The notes beneath the pieces were generated by a model, which had not been told where the DNA came from, ran no database searches, and saw only the letters and a list, made by a program, of their open reading frames with translations. A program made the translations under genes and the position numbers. Shown piece by piece: positions 63,915 through 64,000 of a stretch of DNA of 64,000 nucleotides. Location: positions 55,986,001-56,050,000 of the forward strand of contig OZ260663.1 in the NCBI GenBank assembly GCA_965285935.1. The letters are read 5' to 3'. The first letter of the stretch is position 1. Each line of letters begins with the position of its first letter. The stretch comes from Ophelia neglecta. Its lineage: Eukaryota.

Positions 63915-63938
63915 AATAAATAATCAAAGACGAATAAA
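63915..63938 (+). terminator. Candidate polyadenylation signals of the apolipophorin gene
   Basis: AATAAA at 63915 and 63933 followed by a T-rich tract; a further AATAAA at 63561. Confidence 0.5.
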
Positions 63939-64000
63939 CCAATGAAAGCTGCATTCAAATATTCTGTTATTCTTTTATTTATTATGATAATGATAAACAT

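Overview
Eukaryotic, intron-rich, AT-rich animal DNA. The gene content and repeat types suggest a marine invertebrate, but the taxon cannot be fixed from sequence alone. There are two plus-strand protein-coding genes, both spliced by hand with exon phases checked. (1) The 3' 20 exons (8637-27599, about 915 codons) of an ADAMTS6/10-type secreted metalloprotease: furin site RRRKR, HEIGHNFGMQHD zinc site, disintegrin-like, TSP1, Cys-rich, spacer, four TSP1 repeats and PLAC. Its 5' exons were not found in the window, and one intron is GC-AG. (2) A complete 30-exon gene (36462-63471, 17,616 nt CDS, 5,871 aa) for a giant apolipophorin/apoB-like large lipid transfer protein: signal peptide, vitellogenin-N/LLT module, a single 9,951-nt exon encoding a repeated ~49-56-aa amphipathic beta module, then a helical region, vWD-C8, a vWA-like domain and a polybasic tail. 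Non-coding DNA carries a structurally complete Helentron/HINE-like element, a short canonical Helitron-like element in the predicted ADAMTS 3' UTR, a Tc1/mariner-type MITE and a decayed LINE reverse-transcriptase fragment. The most notable system is the repeat-expanded lipoprotein belt, with an apparently lost canonical furin site, a candidate distal furin site and possible isoform switches around the giant exon.
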